Program-made: the position numbers and the translations under genes
Notes under the pieces: model-generated
What the model saw: the letters and a program-made list of their open reading frames with translations, nothing else
The model's database searches: none
Told to the model about the DNA's origin: nothing
Part shown: positions 16,715-20,951 of the stretch, piece after piece
Position numbering within the stretch: the stretch's first letter is position 1
Layout of the letters: each line of letters starts with the position of its first letter
DNA from: a bacterium
Lineage (GTDB): Bacteria; JAMCPX01
Assembly (NCBI GenBank): GCA_037439545.1
Contig: JBBIVV010000016.1
Span: forward strand, 1 to 20,951
DNA: 20,951 bases
Direction of reading: 5' to 3'

Positions 16715-16743
16715 AAGTTAAATTAACTATTCTCTCTTGTCAA
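16715..16743 (-). promoter_or_regulatory. Sigma70 promoter for the yajC operon
   Basis: Minus strand TTGACA (16743-16738), 17 nt, TAACTT (16720-16715). Confidence 0.6.
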
Positions 16744-16791
16744 TTAAAGAACACACCGCTTGCAATTTTCTGAGATTATACTATGTGTAGT

Positions 16792-19197
16792 ATGATGCGT
16801 AAACATGGTCTTGCAATTTTATTTATGTTCTTTTTGATTGCCGCATTCTTTTCATCGGAAATATTTTCTAAAGACCGCATATTCGCTCCTGTTGATGCCA
16901 TTTCCTTATACAGCCCATGGAACGAATCTGCGCATATAATTCCCCGGAATTTCCAGCAGGGAGATGCCCTTTTTCAGTTTATCCCGTGGAGTGTGTATGC
17001 CTATGAACAGCTCCGGGAAAAAAACTTTCCTCTCTGGAACCCTTATGAATATGGAGGTATCCCCTTTTTTGCAAACGATCAGTCCGGAGTGCTCTCAATT
17101 TTCAATATCATAAGATTGCCCTTTTCATTCGATAAAGGTTTTTTGCTCGTTGCCATAATAAAGCTGTTGATGGCTGCCGTAGGTATGTATCTGTTTTTAA
17201 CCCTGTTTTCACTCAACCCCGCATCGTGTATTACCGGTAGTATCGCCTACGCATTCTCTGCACTGATGATAACATGGTTATATCATCCCGTATCTTCGGT
17301 CGCTGCATTTATTCCATGGCTCTTCTGGGCTTTTGAGCGCCTTTATCGTAACAGTTTGGAAGGAATAAAATCGGATACCTTTATATCCTTATTCATAGCA
17401 TCATTGATAGTTGCATTGTCGTTTTTCTCAGGGCATTCTGAAACTACGGTAAATGCACTGTTCGGGATTACGGTTTATTATACGACCAAAGCAGTGATTC
17501 AACACAAAAAATTAATAGTGTCGATGTCTATGCTGGTGAGCAGTATCATGATTGGCTTTCTGCTTGCCGCTGTTCAGACCCTGCCTTTTTTGCAGCTCTT
17601 GCTCGACAGCGTGCCGTTTTATGCCCGATCATCGTTCCCGGTAAATCCATCTTATTTCAAAATTTATCTTCCTTTCCAGACACTCCTTGCATGGCTTGTT
17701 CCCAATAAAAACGGCAATCCGTCATTTAGTTATTTCTGGATGAAAGTTCCTACCGGGTTACATGAAGCTGTCCCCTACATCGGCATAGCACCTCTCCTCC
17801 TCGGAATAATCACGCTTGTCCGTATAAAACCTGACTACAAAAGGCTTTTGCCGTTCTGGATTATGGTATTTCTCGGGTTCGGCATGGCTTACGGCATACC
17901 GGTCATAAAATGGCTGACCATGCTTCCGCTCATACGAGCAGGCGGTGCGTTCAGATATATTATCTTCATGGAATTCGGTCTTGCAGCATTGAGCGCTTTC
18001 GGTATCGAAATGCTGGTAAAGCAAAAGCCTGAACATGCTCATAAATCTTATCCGGTTCATAAGGCACTGTCTGTTCTTTTTGCAGTGTGTTTCCTGTCTC
18101 TAATCTTATATTTAATAACCCGGCATGAGAGTGGACTGGCTGCAGTCCCCCTGGGGCGTAGTGCATTAAGCGGGTATGGCTCATTGGTAGATTCACAGAC
18201 CCTTGCTTTTGTCTTTATACAAATAATAGTAAGCATACTCTTCATCTCGGGCACCGTATGGTTTATAGTAAAAGCATATAAAAGACAGCTCAATGGCTGG
18301 CTTATTCCTGCAGGATTCATTGCCCTGAGCGTAACGGATCTTTTCATCTTCGGCATCGGATATAATCCGAATGTTCCTGCCCGGGATTTTTATCCCGGCA
18401 CGCCGGTAATCAATGAGCTGAAAGCTTCGGACATAAAAGATTATTCTTTTTACGCGTCGGGCGGTATCATACCGCCTGATATAGCCATGGTGTACCATAT
18501 AAGGGATTTCAGAGGGTATGACATGATTACCTCAATGAAATACCAGAATTTCCTTTACCTCATGTTTCCCGAAGAACATCCGGATCTTGGAGAATTGGGT
18601 TTCATGTACTGGCCTGAAAAGCCCGCTCCGGTAATGGCAGGTATTGCAGGGATAAAATATTTCATCTTCCCGAAGTCATTTAATCCGGATAACAAATTTT
18701 TTAGATTAATAGATTCATACGGCGGCGTTTCTCTCTGGGAGAACCCTCTTGCACTGCCCGCCTACTATCTCGCACAACGGGTCATACCGGCATCTAACGA
18801 TGATACAGCGCTTCTATTATTATCAAAGACTGCACCAGGGGACATTGAAACGCCGGTTGTTCAAGGCATCGATGTGGAGCATAGTTTCCGTCCCGGAAAG
18901 ATTAGATTGACAGAGGTAAAGCAAAAACCGGGGGAACATATTTTCGATGTCCGGGCAGGTTCAGAGGGCTTTCTCGTTCTGAATGAGCCGCTGTATCCGG
19001 GGTGGCACGCTTCTATCAACAACAGGCCGGTGACACTCTACCATACGAACTACCTGTATCAAGGCATAGAACTGCCGGAAGGCAATTATACGGTGAAGTT
19101 TGAATATGAGCCGGGGATTTTTTACACAGGGCTTAAAATATCCGTTATTGTGTTCATGATCATGTCGTCGATAGCTATAGGCATAGTTATAGTGTGA
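16792..19197 (+). CDS. YfhO-family multi-pass membrane protein (putative GT-C glycosyltransferase)
   Basis: PLWNPYEYGGIPFFAN, AYAFS, FSGH, LAAVQTLP, YIG, DFRGYD, and C-terminal LVLNEPLYPGWHASIN ... GIELPEGNYTVKFEYEP typical of YfhO. Start uncertain (16783/16792/16795). Confidence 0.85.
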   Translation: MMRKHGLAILFMFFLIAAFFSSEIFSKDRIFAPVDAISLYSPWNESAHIIPRNFQQGDALFQFIPWSVYAYEQLREKNFPLWNPYEYGGIPFFANDQSGVLSIFNIIRLPFSFDKGFLLVAIIKLLMAAVGMYLFLTLFSLNPASCITGSIAYAFSALMITWLYHPVSSVAAFIPWLFWAFERLYRNSLEGIKSDTFISLFIASLIVALSFFSGHSETTVNALFGITVYYTTKAVIQHKKLIVSMSMLVSSIMIGFLLAAVQTLPFLQLLLDSVPFYARSSFPVNPSYFKIYLPFQTLLAWLVPNKNGNPSFSYFWMKVPTGLHEAVPYIGIAPLLLGIITLVRIKPDYKRLLPFWIMVFLGFGMAYGIPVIKWLTMLPLIRAGGAFRYIIFMEFGLAALSAFGIEMLVKQKPEHAHKSYPVHKALSVLFAVCFLSLILYLITRHESGLAAVPLGRSALSGYGSLVDSQTLAFVFIQIIVSILFISGTVWFIVKAYKRQLNGWLIPAGFIALSVTDLFIFGIGYNPNVPARDFYPGTPVINELKASDIKDYSFYASGGIIPPDIAMVYHIRDFRGYDMITSMKYQNFLYLMFPEEHPDLGELGFMYWPEKPAPVMAGIAGIKYFIFPKSFNPDNKFFRLIDSYGGVSLWENPLALPAYYLAQRVIPASNDDTALLLLSKTAPGDIETPVVQGIDVEHSFRPGKIRLTEVKQKPGEHIFDVRAGSEGFLVLNEPLYPGWHASINNRPVTLYHTNYLYQGIELPEGNYTVKFEYEPGIFYTGLKISVIVFMIMSSIAIGIVIV

Positions 19198-19214
19198 TTC
19201 GTTGGTAAGAGGAG

Positions 19215-19243
19215 TTTACAGGCAGTTGATCTTGTTGTAAGAT
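19215..19243 (+). promoter_or_regulatory. Candidate sigma70 promoter giving a leaderless transcript
   Basis: TTTACA (19215-19220), 17 nt, TAAGAT (19238-19243), then 6 nt and ATG 19250; no SD adjacent to the ATG. Confidence 0.5.
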
Positions 19244-19249
19244 GCACCT

Positions 19250-20920
19250 ATGCCCCGTTCAAAGATATGGTTATATGTTTTCATTCTGATTGCCGCTACA
19301 ATTTCAATCTATGCGCATACCGCGAGATATGGATTTATAGGGTGGGACGATGACAAGGACGTATTGAATAAACCCCGTATACAGCAATTAACCGCTTCAT
19401 CGGTCATGCACCTTTTTAATCCCTCGGGTATATTCGAGGGGCAGTATTATTATGAATATTTCCCTGTCACCGACCTTAGCTACATGATCGAATGGCATTT
19501 TTACGGTAAGGACTTCCCACAAGGATTCCACATGGACAATGTGCTTTTGCAGACGATCAATGTGGTCTTGGTTTTTATAGCGGTGCTTATATTCCTGCGA
19601 AAGCAGGAATACAGTTCGAAGGTAGTCTGTCCGCCTCCGGCGGAGATTCTGCGTCGAGTGCGGAACGACAAAGTTCATTATTCTCCCCCTCAGAATGCAA
19701 CGATAGCTTTCTTCGTTGCACTGCTCTTTGCAGTGCATCCGCTCATGGTTGAGAATGTAACGTGGATCTCGGGAAGAAAGGACCTGCTCTTAATGATGTT
19801 CTATCTCCTGTGGTTCGTCTTTTATATGCGATCAGGAAGCAAATCCATACCTGCATTCGTCTGTTTTATCCTTGCATTGCTCAGCAAATTCCAGGCAGTT
19901 ACGATCCCCGGCGTGCTCGCAGCGTATGAGTTGTTGATAAACAGAAGCGACATAAAAACTACAGCAAAAAAACTTATCCCCTCCATAATCATACTCTTGA
20001 TATATGTGCCTTATACCATGTGGTATTATCACAAAGGAGCGACTGCATTCGTCGACTACGGCGGCTTACTCTGGACGATGCTGTTTCTTCCGGAAGCCGT
20101 ATTCATATATTTCAGGAAGCTTCTGCTCCCGTTTGATCTTACCCCGGTTTATACAACCCCTTCCTTCCCCGATACGGGATTGCTCGTTGTATCGATGATA
20201 TTTTTCGTTGTGTTGTTTGTGTGGATGGTAACGCTCTTTAAAAACAAAAAGTTCTCATCCCTTTTCGGCTTCGCATGGTTTTTTGCCAACTTTGTTCCAA
20301 TAAGCAATGTCATTCCCCTGCCGACAAAGATTGCCGACCGGTACATGTATGAGGCTGCATTGGGTATGTTTCTGATAGCCGCTCTCTGGACTGCCGATGT
20401 TTACTCTCACAGTGACAGGAAACGTGAACTTGCCGTCGTGTATGCGTCCCTGTTTATCGTGCTCGCATTTTTATCTTACCGGCAGTCTCTCCATTGGAAA
20501 AATAGCTTTGCATTGTGGAACTATACGATTCAACTGCAGCCGCGCAGTGCTGTCGCAAGAAACAATCTGGGTGTTTATTATAAAGATCATTCTGATATAA
20601 AAAGGGCAACGCATGAATTTGAACGTGCCCTGAGTGCTGATAAAAAATTCGTGCCGGCATTGTGGAATCTTGGCATTATCTATTTGAATAAGGGCAATTA
20701 CGACGGTGCTTTGTCATTATTCATGCGTATGTCGGAGGTTAAGGCGCCGGAACAATACATGGCGTTCAGGGCACTCGGTGCATTATATCTGGTATTTTAT
20801 AACAATCCTGCACAGGCAAAAAAGTATTTCGAGCAATCTTACCTTCTCAATCCGCACCAGGCCGATGCAGATACGCTAAAAACGATAATCGGCAACCTGT
20901 CAAAACCTGATAAGCCCTGA
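19250..20920 (+). CDS. TMTC-like membrane glycosyltransferase (GT-C) with C-terminal tetratricopeptide repeats
   Basis: GFIGWDDD acidic motif after TM1; FHMDNVLL; LLFAVHPLMVENVTWISGRKD; LALLSK; IADRYMY; WKNSFALW; about three TPRs (ARNNLGVYY, ALWNLGIIY, AFRALGALY). Confidence 0.85.
   Translation: MPRSKIWLYVFILIAATISIYAHTARYGFIGWDDDKDVLNKPRIQQLTASSVMHLFNPSGIFEGQYYYEYFPVTDLSYMIEWHFYGKDFPQGFHMDNVLLQTINVVLVFIAVLIFLRKQEYSSKVVCPPPAEILRRVRNDKVHYSPPQNATIAFFVALLFAVHPLMVENVTWISGRKDLLLMMFYLLWFVFYMRSGSKSIPAFVCFILALLSKFQAVTIPGVLAAYELLINRSDIKTTAKKLIPSIIILLIYVPYTMWYYHKGATAFVDYGGLLWTMLFLPEAVFIYFRKLLLPFDLTPVYTTPSFPDTGLLVVSMIFFVVLFVWMVTLFKNKKFSSLFGFAWFFANFVPISNVIPLPTKIADRYMYEAALGMFLIAALWTADVYSHSDRKRELAVVYASLFIVLAFLSYRQSLHWKNSFALWNYTIQLQPRSAVARNNLGVYYKDHSDIKRATHEFERALSADKKFVPALWNLGIIYLNKGNYDGALSLFMRMSEVKAPEQYMAFRALGALYLVFYNNPAQAKKYFEQSYLLNPHQADADTLKTIIGNLSKPDKP
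19590..19670. repeat. REP/dRS3-like palindromic cassette inside the TMTC-like CDS
   Basis: Three consecutive hairpins: TATTCCTGC-GAAA-GCAGGAATA (19590-19611), TCCGCC-TCC-GGCGGA (19630-19644), TTCTGCG-TCGAG-TGCGGAA (19647-19665, with G-U pairs) followed by CGACA. Confidence 0.7.
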
Positions 20921-20929
20921 TGCACTGTT

Positions 20930-20951
20930 GATTTACCCCGTGAGAAAGCCG
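20930..20951 (+). mobile_element. Left end of a probable second copy of the MITE-like element, cut by the window edge
   Basis: GATTTACCCCGTGAGAAAG (20930-20948) matches GATTTACCCCTTTAGAAAG (46-64) at 17/19. Confidence 0.55.

Noticed and set aside
16759..16820. 11-bp direct repeat CTTGCAATTTT at 16759-16769 and 16810-16820
   Set aside because: Only two copies in AT-rich DNA, one inside coding sequence; may be chance.

Overview
Bacterial chromosomal window, mostly housekeeping, with gene content and sequence style suggesting a Deltaproteobacteria-like (Desulfobacterota/Myxococcota-type) organism (inference only). Left, minus strand: a fatty-acid-catabolism electron-transfer operon (TetR/FadR-type regulator, etfB, etfA, membrane cytochrome-b/Fe-S oxidoreductase of FadF/EMO type), preceded by a perfect TGAATGA-N4-TCATTCA operator. 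Then an AT-rich heptamer-repeat palindrome, tRNA-Gly(CCC), a GT4 glycosyltransferase (-) and a GMC oxidoreductase (+). Next, a long minus-strand operon: yajC, HD hydrolase, fused secDF, recJ, rpoZ, rel, ridA. Right, plus strand: two GT-C-fold membrane glycosyltransferase-like genes (YfhO-like and TMTC-like with TPRs). No transposase, integrase, CRISPR array or defence system is visible, and I cannot support a clearly new multi-gene system. The most unusual signals are small non-autonomous repeats: a ~150 bp MITE-like element at 46-196 whose end recurs at 20930, the heptamer palindrome at 5051-5172, and a REP/dRS3-like palindromic cassette read in frame inside the TMTC-like gene.
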